The position numbers and the translations under genes were made by a program. The notes beneath the pieces are model-generated. The model searched no databases and was not told the DNA's origin. It saw only the letters and a program-made list of their open reading frames with translations. Positions 16,960-30,671 of a DNA stretch of 64,000 nt are shown here, in pieces (position 1 is the stretch's first letter; every line of letters starts with the position of its first letter). This DNA comes from the human T2T-CHM13v2.0 reference genome, Homo sapiens. The stretch covers positions 11,360,001 to 11,424,000 of the forward strand of contig CP068257.2 of the NCBI GenBank assembly GCA_009914755.4, read 5' to 3'.

Positions 16960-18330
16960 TAATGATTATATTCTACTTCAACAAAAGTAGAATACACATT
17001 CTTCTCTAGTTTGTACAAGACACACTGCATTATGGGCCATAAATGTCTTAAAATTTTTCAAAGAATAAAGTTCATACAAAGTACACACTCAGACCACAAT
17101 AAAAATTAAAGTAGAAATAAATAGCAGGAAGAATTGAAAAATTTTTCAAATATTTGAAGACTTAACAAAACATCTAAATGCATCCCAAAAGAAGACTAAA
17201 CAGTAATTAAAATATTTGGAATTAAATGAAAATGAAATCACAACTTATTAAAATATATGAGATACAGTAGAACTAGTACCTAAATTTATAGCATTAAATG
17301 CGTATTATTATGAAAAAAGAGATAAAATCAATAACCTAAGCTTCTGCCTTAAGAAACTAGAAAAAGAAAATCCAAAGTAAATAACAAGGGAAAAAATATA
17401 TAAAGTTTAGCAGATATCAGTAAAATATAAAACAGGAAAACAATAGAGAAAATCAATGAAACAGAAAGCTGTTTCTTTGAAACGATCTATAAGCTTGCTA
17501 ACATTTAGACAAACTAATAAAGAAAAAAAGAGAGAATGCACAACTAACAAATATTGGAAGTGAAACAGGGGTATGGGTTATGACTACTGATTTTGTGGAC
17601 ATTAAAAGGATGATATATTTACTATATTAAAAACTCTATACTCACAAGTTCAATAACCTATATAAAATGGACAAATACCTTGAAAGACACAATATGCCAA
17701 TACTCACAAAAGAAAAAATAGATAACATGAGTACTCTTATATCTATAAAAGGAATTGAATAAATAGTTAATAACCCACCCACCCCTCCAATGGTTCCAGG
17801 CCCAAATGGCTTTAGTGGTGAATTCTATCAAGCATTTAATGGCAAAATTATACCAATTTTCCACAGACTTTTCAAGAAAATGGAATTAGAGAGAACACTT
17901 CCTAATTCATTCTATGAGGTAAATATTACCCTCTTACCAAATCCAATAGACATAAAATTAAATAAAATCAATATATCAATATCTCTCATGAAAAAAGATT
18001 CAATAATCCTTCACAAAATACTAGACAATTGAATCTAACTATGTATTTATTTTAGGTAAGACAGTATGCAAGACTGATTCAATATTAGAAAATTATCTGC
18101 AGAATTTCCTAAATCAACAGGTTAAGGAAGAAAAATCATGTGACTGTATCAATTGATGTAGAAAAAGCTTATGGCAAAATCTATCACCCATCTATAATTT
18201 GAGAAACTCTCAGAAAACTAGGAATTGAGGTGAATTTTCATAACTTGACAAAGAACATCTACAAAACCCCTAAAACTATCATACTTAATGATGAGAATTG
18301 GGATACTTTTTCCCAAAAACCAGGAGCAAG
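16960..18330 (+). mobile_element. Old L1 fragment spanning ORF1-end to ORF2-start (sense)
   Basis: Translation gives PGPNGFSGEFYQAFN..IPIFHRLFKKMELERTLPNSFYEVNITLLPNP.., which is L1 ORF2 N-terminus-like. Confidence 0.7.
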
Positions 18331-18477
18331 AAGAATTTTGTTTTTTGTTTTTTTTCTTTCACCACTTGCAAAATGAAACCACCACTTTGGAAGACAGATG
18401 GGCAATTTCTTAGGCCCATAGTTGCTATACTATATGTAAAAAAAAAAAAAAAGTCTTACATATAATATAGCAATTGT

Positions 18478-18642
18478 GTTTTTTTTTGTTTGTTTTGAGA
18501 TAGAGTCTTGCTCTGTCAGCCAGGCTGGAGTGCAGTGGTGCAATAGAAGGATACTGCAACTTCCACCTCCTGGGTTCAAACAATTCTCCTGCCTCGCCTC
18601 CAGAGTAGCTGGGACTACAGGCACCTACCACCATGCCCGGCT

Positions 18643-18677
<35 letters not shown>

Positions 18678-18822
18678 TATTTTACTAGAGACAGTATAAC
18701 CTTTTGATTTGGGAAATTTTACCATGTGGCCCAGGCTGTTGTCCAACTCCTGAGCTCAGGCAATGCGACCGCCTCGGCCTCCCAAAGTGCTAGGATTACA
18801 GGTGTGAGCCACCGTGCCTGGC
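18478..18822 (-). mobile_element. Alu SINE with an expanded internal T-run (18645-18688)
   Basis: Antisense Alu. The middle A-rich linker is expanded to ~40 T. Confidence 0.88.
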
Positions 18823-19061
18823 TGCAAATGTGTTTTTAGGTGTTTATCCACCTTATTTGAAAACCATGTCCACACCAAAACTGACGCATGAATATATATA
18901 TAGCAGCTTTGTTTATAATTCCCGAAACTGGAAGAAACCTCGAGGTCTCATAATTGATGAATGGAAAAAAAAAAAACTGTGATACGTCATATAAGGGAAT
19001 ATTACTTCCTAAAAAAGTAAATGATCTGGCAAAAGATTCAGTGAGGAGGTTTAATAGGTGA

Positions 19062-19446
<385 letters not shown>

Positions 19447-19662
19447 TGCGTTTGTTAAAAAACAAAGAATCTCACAGCACAAAGAGTGTCACTTAATATA
19501 TGCAAATTTTAAAACAACAACAACAACAAAGTAGGTGTTCTGGGGATCCTGGGATGGAATGCAGAATGTGATAGAAAATCTAAAGTACTACAAATGTATA
19601 AAGCCACTTCACTCTAGGGAGTGGGAAAAACGTGCTGACATAAGCATCTTAGAAAATGGATG

Positions 19663-19990
<328 letters not shown>

Positions 19991-20672
19991 CATGAAGACT
20001 GAAAGGAAGAGAAACTGCAAACAACTCATGTGATCTGGGTGGTGTAGCTGTTTCCTACAGGAAATGGGATAGCGATTCTGATATTGATAGAGAATAAATG
20101 TATATTGGAACTAGACAGTTAAGCAAATGGATGACAAATGACAGGAGCCTGGTTTCTCACTATTAAAGTGGGAGGTTACATGTAAGCAAGGGGAGAAGGC
20201 CAGAATGATCATGTGATAAAAGAATTGAGTCGTAGACATCAGTATGAACTAACACTTATACACATTACATTTAGAAATATTTATAGTTATGTGTATACAC
20301 AGCTTTGTATACACACATTTATTTCTTTGCTCTGTAAACTAAGACGGTCTAGAACCAATGATATCACAGCAGAAATGAGCATATCTAACACTCAAGTCTT
20401 CAATTCGTGGGTTTTTGTTCATGATCCGGGATCCAGGAGTTGGGCCCTGGGGCTGGGCATTGTGTAGCCTCCGGGATGGTGCTGAGCATCCATTCCCACC
20501 CTCCTGCAGCTGGGGACCCATCCCTTGACTTGGGACCCCTGGAGGCAAGAACATGGTCACCCACTTTAATCACATGGTCCCTATCACATAATCAGAGGGC
20601 GCTGTGGGTTTTAACTCTTCAAGCTAGATGTGTAAACAATTCGACATAGATAAGATATAGTGACTAGAAGTC

Positions 20673-21063
20673 TTTTATTTATTTTGAGAGAGAGTCTCTG
20701 TTGCCCAGGCTTGGAGTGCAGTGGCACAAACAATCAAACAATAACCAAAATCCAGAAGAATGAAAAGGTCAAATGCTGTCAAGGATGGGGAGCAACAGGA
20801 CCTCTCATTCCTTGTTTGTGGCACAATCAGTTTACTGTACCCACGAACTCCCAGGCCCAAGTGATCATGCCACAATCAATCTCCCAAGTAGCTGGGGCCA
20901 CAGGCATGCACCACCATGCCTGGCTGATTGGTTTTATTTTTATAGAGATAAAGTTTCCCTGTGTTGTCTAAGCTGGTCTCAAACTCCTGGGATCAAGTGA
21001 TCCTCCTATCTCGGTCTCCCAAAGTGCTGTAAGTACAGGCATGAGGTCCTGCACCCAGCCTGG
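20673..21063 (-). mobile_element. Old Alu with ~100 bp of foreign sequence inside
   Basis: Antisense Alu left and right parts separated by non-Alu sequence at 20730-20860. Confidence 0.6.
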
Positions 21064-21329
21064 AAGTCTTTATAGATAAGTTCAATTTAACTGTTTCTCC
21101 ATCTGATCCACTCAGCCGAGTTTCCCTCTCAGTCCAAGGGTGAGAACTGCAGCTCAGCCCCATCCAGGATGGCTGCAGATGACCCAGCGCCACTGCCATA
21201 CTCCAGATGCTGGTCAACGAGGAAGGGATCCTGAGGCCTGGCAGCGGGCGCTCTCAGGAACCTTGAAGCCCTCTAAACGGGACCCGCCATCCGTGCCTGT
21301 CAGAACTGGTGCCGCTACCTGCACTTGGC

Positions 21330-21950
21330 ACACAGGCAAATATGGCCAAGCAACCCCAAACTCCCCTCTTCCCCTCTGGGCCCAGGCGGCGCTGAACCTG
21401 CTGCTCAGCCGCATCCTGGCGACTGCACAGTGCCCAGAGCCTGCAAACCAGCGCTCAGGGCGCGAGCCAAGGAAGAGCAGGGCCTAGAGTGGGAGGGCGT
21501 GTGCCACACGGCTACCCTAAGGCCGTCGGGCCCAGCCCTGCAGCCTCTACCGTGGGCTCAGCTGCAGCTGGCATTTGAAGGTGGCAGCAGCGGTGGCAAC
21601 CCCAGAACCTGTCCGCGCCACCAGCAGGCGAACCCCAGGGTCGGACACCGCCACTGCGCCTAAGTCAGGCAGTGGGACCTCAGTTGCAGGATCGTGGGAA
21701 CCTGCTGCAAAGCCTCGTCGCCGCAGCTGTACAGGGCCCAGTGGTCGCAAGCCTGCGCTGCCAGCGCGAGCCGAGGAAGAGCAGAGCCCCGGGTGGAAGG
21801 GCGATGTACTCGGCGATGCTCAGCGGTCTGGGCCCAGCCCTGTAGCCTCTACCATGGGCTCAGCTGCAGCTGCCACCTGAACATGGCACGTGGCAGAAGA
21901 GGCTGCAACCCTGACCCTGCCAGCGCCACCAGCCGCGCGGATACTTGGGC
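21330..21950. repeat. GC-rich tandem repeat, unit ~304 bp, two clear copies plus diverged flanking copies (21100-22150)
   Basis: gcgagccaaggaagagcag at 21462 matches gcgagccgaggaagagcag at 21766. Long co-linear blocks lie between them. Confidence 0.75.
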
Positions 21951-22275
21951 CAGAAGCCTCCAGGGAGCCTAAGTCAGGGGTTGGGTCCCTGGCTGCAGGA
22001 GGCCGGGAACCGACGCTCAGCGCCACCCTGGAGGCTGCACGATGCCCAGCGCCAGGGCCCAGCTCCTGGATCTCAGGTTGAGGAGGGGCCAGGAGCGGCT
22101 CTGTCAAGCAGGCCATGTGGCAGGGAGCCCCCCACGTTCCGCTGTAAGGAGCCCTGCCAGCCCGATAGCGCCTCAGTAGCAGGTGCCACCTGCACGCCGT
22201 GCTGGGCGAAGCGCAGCCAGGGCGGTTTCCTGCCTCGCGTGCCTCCCAGGTCTGCTGAGTTGCGCATGCGCTGTT

Positions 22276-22338
22276 GCCTAACGGTTCTGCTCAGCTGCCT
22301 AACGGTTCTGCTCAGCTGCCTAACGGTTTTGCGCAGCC
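22276..22338 (+). promoter_or_regulatory. 3 x 21-bp tandem array gcctaacggttctgctcagct (third copy diverged), each with TAACGG
   Basis: Directly visible. It lies ~165-230 bp upstream of the ATG at 22503. Confidence 0.85.
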
Positions 22339-22502
22339 ATTTTCTCCCTGGAGAGGCTGGAGTGTCCAAAAGCTTGGCCGACTGAGATTGCTAGTCGTGT
22401 CAGGGCGGGTGCGGGACTGAAGAAGGGCGAGGGCGAGCGGCGGGGACTGGGGAAGGGCGAGCAGCGGGAGGCACGGGCTCTCTCTAGCAGGTGGCTGCAG
22501 CC

Positions 22503-22719
22503 ATGGAGAGGCTCTGTGCCGCCGCTGTCAAGGGCCAGACGGGCCCAGAGCGCCCAAGCCCCTTCAGTCAGCTGGTCTACACCAACAACGACTCTTACGT
22601 GATTCACCATGGGGATCTCAGGAAGATCCACAAAGCTGCCTCCCGGGCCAAGCCTGGAAGCTGGAGAGGATGATGAAGAAGACGACAATGGACCTGAACA
22701 TAAGAGATGCGAAGAAGAG
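22503..22719 (+). pseudogene. Exon 1 of an ANKRD36/ANKRD30B-family gene; coding frame broken by a 1-bp deletion
   Basis: ATG then ERLCAAAVKGQTGPERPSPFSQLVYTNNDSYVIHHGDLRKIHKAASR. The frame then shifts. The +1 frame continues QAWKLERMMKKTTMDLNIRDAKKR, followed by a gt donor at 22720. Confidence 0.75.
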
Positions 22720-23487
22720 GTACCAGGCCCTGCCTGAGCCGGGGCTGCAGGAGGAGGAGGAGGCTGTGGGAGGATCGCCCCTTCAGAGTGGGGGCTGGGG
22801 GTCCTGGGGACGAGGGGAGCAGGTGGAGGAGTGGTGGGCAGCGGGGCGGCCGTCCTGGCCCCGAGGTCTTGATTTTCTTCCCGGGAAGGCCCCCCAGGCC
22901 TTGGATGGGGGAGCCCTGCAGGGCAGAGGGCCCAGGCCACCTTAAAATCAACCCCAAACTTTAGTTAGCTGCTTTCTCCTTCACTCCCACTTCCTCTCAC
23001 AGAGCACTGTGTAGAGAATTTTAAAGTGATTTAACTTACAAAATTAAGTACATACAGGGTTTTACTTTTAATGTACAGGTTTTAAAAGATAATGTTAGAT
23101 ACATTATGAAATGGTGCATAATGAAATAATTCCCATAATATATTAACTTCTTGGCTAAAAATTTTTTGGATAAAGTCCAGTAACCATTTCAATATCAATG
23201 AATGTCTATGTAAATATATTCTTTGCTGAGGGACCTTAGAAGGTAACTTTGAGGTGGGAAGATGGTTTATGTTTTCGAATTTAAGAAGACTCATTTTTCT
23301 GAAGATGCAAGTTCTTTATCAGTTTTACATAAACCAAATAAAGTTATCAACGTTTTAACATTTTTAAAATTACACACGCTGTCTTTTACTATTGTGATGA
23401 CATTTAACAAATTTTGTAACGGAGTAGAAAAGTCTTGCCCTTCTAGATTTCAAAATGTGCTATTAATTTGCACAAAATGGGCCATGG

Positions 23488-23820
23488 CCAGGCGCGGTGG
23501 ATCATGCCTGTAATCCCAGCACTTTGGGAGGCCGAGGTGGGTGGATCACGAGGTCAGGAGATTGAGACCATCCTGGCTAACACGGTCTCTACTAAAAATA
23601 CAAAAAATTAGCCGGGTGTGGTGGTGGGCGCCTGTAGTCCCAGCTAATTGGGAGGCTGAGTCAGGAGAAATGGTGTGAACCTGGAAGGCAGAGCTTGGAG
23701 TGAGCCGAGATCGCACCACTGCACTCCAGCCTGGGTGACAGAGCGAGACTCCGTCTCAAAATAATAATAAATAAATAAATAAATAAATAAATAAAATTTG
23801 AAAAAGAAAAAAAAAAAAAG
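23488..23820 (+). mobile_element. Alu SINE with (AAAT)n tail
   Basis: Alu body plus an ataaataaataaataaataaa tail. Confidence 0.9.
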
Positions 23821-24118
<298 letters not shown>

Positions 24119-26775
24119 ACAAATTATTTGATAACAGCTGAAAAGACAGGTAAATGAATACAACACAGTAGAAAACCAGAAACACCCAAATATCTAAGAA
24201 TTCAGAATTTGATAATGCTCACACTTTATACTAGTAGGGAAAGAATTAGTTTCATAAGTGAAATGCCTGCTTTTTGGAGAAAACTAGATTTTTATGCCAC
24301 AAAGTAAATTTCTGATGGAATATAGATTAAATTTTTTTAATATACAAAATGATAAAAGCACCAGAAGAAAACATAAATGCCTATTTACACAGGTACATTT
24401 TTATGTTGACAACACCTTTCTAAGAAGCTCAGAAGCAAGCAGTCTGAAGGATAATTAAGCAAAACAAAATTAAATTAAACTGTAAGGAGAAAAAATAAAA
24501 GGCAGCATACTTGTAAAATATTTACTACACATGTATGTGCGTGTGTGTATACATATTAGATTTTTAAATCATCATTTTATAGATAATTCACTTAAATCAA
24601 CAAAAAAACCCTCTAATTTAAAATTGAGCAATTTAAATTAGAGATCTAAATTGCAGATCTAAAAATAGTACTTTGCTTCTAATTTAAAATTTGGAAAATA
24701 TTTTCTTAAGATCTGTAAGTGACCTATGCACACAGAAAACAATATTTAGTGTTCCTGGTTACAGAAGGCATTTAAGTTAAAAGAGGAATCAAATACTGCT
24801 TTCTACCTACAAAGTTTGTGAGGATAAAGAGCAGTGATATTTATACTACTGTTTAAAGTTTAAGTTGCAGATAACTTTTCAAATAGACAATTTGGTGGTA
24901 AGTACCATATTATTAAGAAGAATCCATATAATGACTTTTATAAATACATTTCAGTGAATTTACAGCATGGGATAATATGTGACCACTGAAGGTAGAAATA
25001 TGTAGAGAAGTAGGTGACATTTGAAAATGTATTTTGGTGTATCAAGTGAGGGTAAAGTTCAGTTTCATTATACATACACACAGACTTGCGTTATCTGAAG
25101 TTGTGTATGAAATATGATAAAATTTGTTATTTGAGGGCATTTGTTTTAATATAAAATGTTTTTCCTTTTTTTTATCTTTGATTTCCACATTGAGCATGTA
25201 CAATGCTGTTAGAAAAAGTTTATTATTAATGAAATAATTTTTGGGAAGAGCAGGAATATAATTTTGCACCAATAAAAATAATTTCTCACTTTCCATATTT
25301 TAATTATTATTTTTTGTGGATTAGTATATTCTGTGAACTTTTAGCATCTTCAAAAGACAATCTTTTTACCTGTGCTTGTTGATTTACATATACATCTTAT
25401 TAGGCACATATTTTTATTGTATATAGATTTCTTACACATATGTCAATAATTATAGATTAGTGTAGTTTTATTATTAAGAAAATAAAATAGAAAATATAAG
25501 TGCTTTATTTATAGCAGTTTTTTTAAGGTATTGAACTTCTCAACTGTATTTATCCTTTTAATCAATTTATCACATGTAAGCTGAATGCCTATTATGTAGA
25601 AGATACATTAACTCTCAAGATCCTTTCATCCTTAAAAATTTCACATTTACCTGCTCAGCCTTAGCAAAGTGAGAGATTTAAAGTTGGAGTACTAGGAATG
25701 AATCTCAATTGAAGCTTTTCCTCTCATCTTTAAAACAAAAACACTTCTGAAGTAAGAAACTAGTAAAAGATAACTACCAACCACGATTTTGGAAATTTAT
25801 AACAGCTTTAAATAGTAATATTAATCATTGGAAATACCTAATTTACATGCATTCTATAAATTTAAATATGAATTTATATACATTCTGTAAATCTAAACAT
25901 GGAATAAAATGAGCCATACCTACTTGAATCCCAAGTTTTCTTTGGCTTGAAGTTTTAAAAATATTAAAGAAGTACTTTGTTTTAACAGTTTGTTTTTATT
26001 TCAACTCTCCTTTTGTATAGCACTCTTAAAAGCTAAAATTTCTTTAAGTGTTAATCCTATGACTAGGACTGCCATCGTCCTGTTGTATATACCATATTCC
26101 ACTTCGTGGAAGGCACGGTGAATGGTGTGATGCCTCCTTATTTATGTACCAATAAAAGATCGTTTAAATTTCTGCAAAATATACTTGTAACAAATAATGA
26201 CTTATAAGTGGCATTTCAATGTCAGAGATGTTAAAATATGAGAAATAGAGTATCTTAGAATTATTAAAATAGTTTTATCTCTAACCTTTAAAACATACCA
26301 CAAAGTAGGCATAATTTTACCATTTTACTTAAAATGTTTTCTTTGTTAAGTAGTAGAAATAATTACAATATCTATCAATCACTGAGCTGTTACATGTGCT
26401 AGGAATTCTTCGAAATACATTGCACAGATTCTCATGAGGCATCACAGTGATGTCCTGTGAGATAACTGCTGTATTCATCTTCACTTTATTGATGAGAAAA
26501 TTGAGGCACAGAAAGGTTAAGTGATAGCTAGAAGGTGAAAGACTTTAAAGTAATATTCAAGCCCAAGTTGAACTGAATCCAAAGGCCAAGCTCTTTCTAT
26601 TCAAATAGGCCACTCTTTCATTAATATAGTGAGTAATAACAGTGAATGAATGTTGTAGTTTCTTCAGGAGAATATTAAATATTTGTTTTGAAGGCAGAGA
26701 AAGAGCATGGTATTTAATGTTGACAATTACATAAATCATTCTATGTTTTGAGACAGTGGACTAAACTTTCCTTAA

Positions 26776-26952
<177 letters not shown>

Positions 26953-27072
26953 TAAATACATAGAATAAAAATGAATTTATCTCATTGAAATATAACTAGT
27001 TTGTGAAACCTGTGGAATATTTATTTATATTTCCTATAATTTATAATTTACTTCTTGCTTTAATACTGACAG

Positions 27073-27246
27073 GCTCTGCAATGCCAGAGGGAGGCTTGTG
27101 CAAATATTCTCATAGATTCTGGTGCTGATCCAAATATTGTAGATGTGTATGGCAACACAGCTGTCCATTATGCTGTTAACAGTGAGAATTTGTCAGTGGT
27201 GGCAAAATTGCTGTCCTGTGGTACAGACATTAAAGTGAAGAACAAG
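27073..27246 (+). CDS. Exon 3 (ankyrin repeats): ALQCQREACANILIDSGADPNIVDVYGNTAVHYAVNSENLSVVAKLLSCGTDIKVKNK
   Basis: ctgacag acceptor and gtagac donor. 174 bp, in frame. Confidence 0.8.
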
Positions 27247-28273
27247 GTAGACATTAACCAATGTTATTTTCAAAATATTTGAAATCCATTTGTTTTAACA
27301 TTAACATATGTAAATTGTTTTATATTTGGAAGCTCAAACATTCCTATTTTTCTATGAAAATAGTTTGACAAAACTTAATTGTCTAGGATTTTGCTTTAAA
27401 TATTAATATTTTTACAAGAACTATTAGTATGGCTTTTCTGTGCATTATGATAAATATTTAAATTTGTTAAAGGTAAAACATTTTCAAATATTCTTTCCCA
27501 CCCAAGTTTTTTTTTTTCTTTCCAGTTAGTGTAAAACTACAAGAAAGTAAAATTTGCCTGCATAAATTGAGTCAACATGTAAAATTTAGGAGACATGCAG
27601 AAATCTGGATTTCCTCTTAAAGGATTGAATCTTGTGTCTCTTGAGCCCGTATGACTGTTTGGTATGCTATGAAGACATTCTAGTTTTACATAAAGCATAT
27701 GTTTCCAGTTTGCTACTGTGCCCACCTAGTTACATCACTTATTCAACTTACCTATTTTGCCTCTGTAAATATTTCAGTTATCAATTCCTCTCTCATAGTA
27801 CATTTTGGTAAAGATTTCAAGTTATTGAAGGCAGTTTATAGGTGTTTATAATATATAGTTTATATTTTACATTAATTCATTAATAATGGGGTTGTCTTCT
27901 AGAATTTAGAATATTTTATAAATGATGATTTTTCTCATATAAACCATAAATAATCATCTTCTATTAGAAGGCCTTTAAGCCTTTTTAGATTAATCATGGT
28001 TATATTTGAATAGGTTATGCATATTGCAGAAAAAATATTATATCTTTCTCCACAGAATTGTCCCTTAAAATTCAAGTGATTTAGTGGCTTCTATTTTGCT
28101 AAGCCACATACATGAGTTAGAACTTTCATTAATAAGCCATTTTATTCATACTTCTGATATTTTGCCAAAAAATAGTATCAATTACAATAGAAACCAGAAT
28201 AAAAATGGATTATTGCATTTTAAGAAGTAGATATGCATTAGGATCCTAGGAGTATCATTCTAATAGAGAATAA

Positions 28274-28608
<335 letters not shown>

Positions 28609-29456
28609 TTTATACTGAATTTCTAATAGCTGAGATAAAATCCTATTGTCTGGTAATAGGATAAACCCCATGGACCATTTAAGAATATGCAATCAAAGTT
28701 TATTTGAAGCCAATCTCTTTTAATTTACAGCCACTTCCTTAGTGACCCATTTAGAGCAGGAGTGCCTGACATTGGCATTTGGAATCTTGGGATCATTGAT
28801 AGAAGAGAATCAAGTGAGTTTGTATCACCCAGAGGAAACCTCCATTTTTGGGGGGAAGCTTTCAAAACTGCATCCCTGAAATTCTAATTTGTCAAATGTT
28901 AATGTTTGCCACAAAAATATACTGTCAAATAAGGATTAGGTAAAGTTCAATTCATTTCTTGAATAATGAACATTTAATTCACAGTTTTATAACATTTCTT
29001 GAACATAGATAATGGTGGAATCTGTTGGGGTACAGTGCTTCTGGTAAGGTAATTATTCTTTGGAATAAAGTTGAAGAAACACTGTTCTAGAAGTAATAAT
29101 TTAGATTACTAATTTAGTAAAAAATAAAGTATTTACTACTATGTCTTAGGGTTTAAGGATATAGAGGTAAAAGATACAGCCCCTGCCCTCAAGAAGCTCT
29201 TGGTTTACATGGGAAACAATAAAATCATTACAATGTAATGATTTTTGGAGATAACCAGAGTTAATGTGGTGATGCAGAGGCTGAATGTTTACAAGAGAAG
29301 GTGCAGTGCATGGGAAAGCACAGAAAAGTGAGAAAGAAGGGATTGCTATTGATTTACTTTCCATTGTTTAAGTTCATAGGATATTATATAAGGTATTCAA
29401 TTCAGCTGAGAAATATGTAATTTCATGAATTATAAATTGTTTTTGCTGTTTTACAG

Positions 29457-29564
29457 GCTGGCCACACACCACTTTTATTGGCCATAAGGAAAAGAAGTGA
29501 GCAAATTGTGGAATTTTTACTGACAAAAAAATGCAAATGCAAATGGAGTTGATAAGTTTAAATG
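29457..29564 (+). pseudogene. Exon 4: AGHTPLLLAIRKRSEQIVEFLLTK then a frameshift (A7 run) to a TGA
   Basis: ttttacag acceptor and gtatag donor. With 6 rather than 7 A the reading would be ..TKNANANGVDKFK, the family sequence. Confidence 0.7.
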
Positions 29565-29961
29565 GTATAGTAGTTTTTTTATTAAAAAACACTTGAGTAG
29601 TGTGCTAGAGTAATAACACTCAAGTCAGAAATATTAAATTAATAACATTTACTTAAAATTATTAGATTATACAGAAAAATATCAAGACAAATTATCAGTT
29701 AGGAAGAAAAGCAATTATTTGGACTGGTCAACACAAAGAACAGTATACAGTAGGATTTTCTTCTTTTATTATACTGACTGATTCTTATTTGTAATCTGAT
29801 GTTTTTGGTTGCATTATCTTCTATTAGCTAAAGTGGTTCTGTATTAGTTTTAAGAAGTATGAATTTTTAGTTTACTTTATAATTCAATATTGAATGATTA
29901 ACACCTTTATAGTATTTTTCTAACTTCTGTTTTTCATACACTTTTAAAAAATGCAATATTT

Positions 29962-30140
29962 GCTGGGCATGGTAGCTGTTGTCTGTTATCCCAGCAACTT
30001 TGGGAGGCCAAGTGGGTAGATCACCTGAGGCCAGGAGTTTGAGACCAGCCTAGCCAACATGGTAAAACCTCATCTCAATGAAAAATATAAAAATTAGCCA
30101 ACCATGGTGGCACAAGCCTGTAGTCCCAGGTACTCAGGAC
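29962..30140 (+). mobile_element. 3'-truncated Alu
   Basis: Alu left monomer plus part of the right monomer, with no tail. Confidence 0.75.
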
Positions 30141-30529
30141 AATATTATTCCTAATATTGTTTTAAGTCTTCAGATTGCTCTCACTTGTCCGACTTCTAGC
30201 TAATTTTGAAGTACAAAATATTATATCAGACTAAGGAGGAAATAGATAATTCTTCACTTAAAACTTTGCCTCTTTTAGATTAGTGAACAGAACATATTTT
30301 CTTGCCCCTCAGTGGACTTTATGTTAGCCAATTCTACTATGCCATATCCCAGTGAGACATGAGTCTTTTCACCCCTTCCTTTTAGCCTTGGTCGTGATTT
30401 ACAAGGATAAACACTTGAGCACTCAAGATACTTAACATTTGTTAATACATGTAAATGGTTAATTCTATACTGACAGGCACATATTAAATTGGTTCATTCC
30501 TAATAATGAAGTTATGTCTGTTATTTTAG

Positions 30530-30671
30530 CACAGCCCTCATGCTTGCCATATGTCATGGATCATCAGAGATAGTTGGCACGGTTCTTCAGCAAAATGTTG
30601 ACATCTGTGCTGAAGCTACATGTGGAATGATTGCAGAACGTTATGCTGTTGCTTGTGGATTTAATCTCTAA
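30530..30671 (+). pseudogene. Exon 5: (C)TALMLAICHGSSEIVGTVLQQNVDICAEATCGMIAERYAVACGFNL then a TAA abutting the only GT donor
   Basis: ttattttag acceptor. The phase required by exon 6 cannot be met with a canonical donor. Confidence 0.65.

Larger units (their letters stand above)
21080..22960 (+). promoter_or_regulatory. CpG island and putative promoter of the ANKRD36/30B-family gene
   Basis: Abrupt shift to very GC- and CpG-rich sequence that spans the first coding exon. Confidence 0.6.

Noticed and set aside
22276-22338. Could the 3 x 21-bp array be CRISPR-like?
   Set aside because: It is eukaryotic sequence. The copies are directly tandem with no spacers.
20339-22964. Cluster of overlapping 60-206 aa ORFs on both strands (e.g. 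22320-22940 minus, 206 aa; 21945-22385 plus, 146 aa)
   Set aside because: They lie in GC-rich, stop-codon-poor CpG-island and tandem-repeat sequence. They overlap each other in several frames, are Pro/Ala/Gly/Arg-rich, and mirror one another through the repeat units. They are not independent genes.
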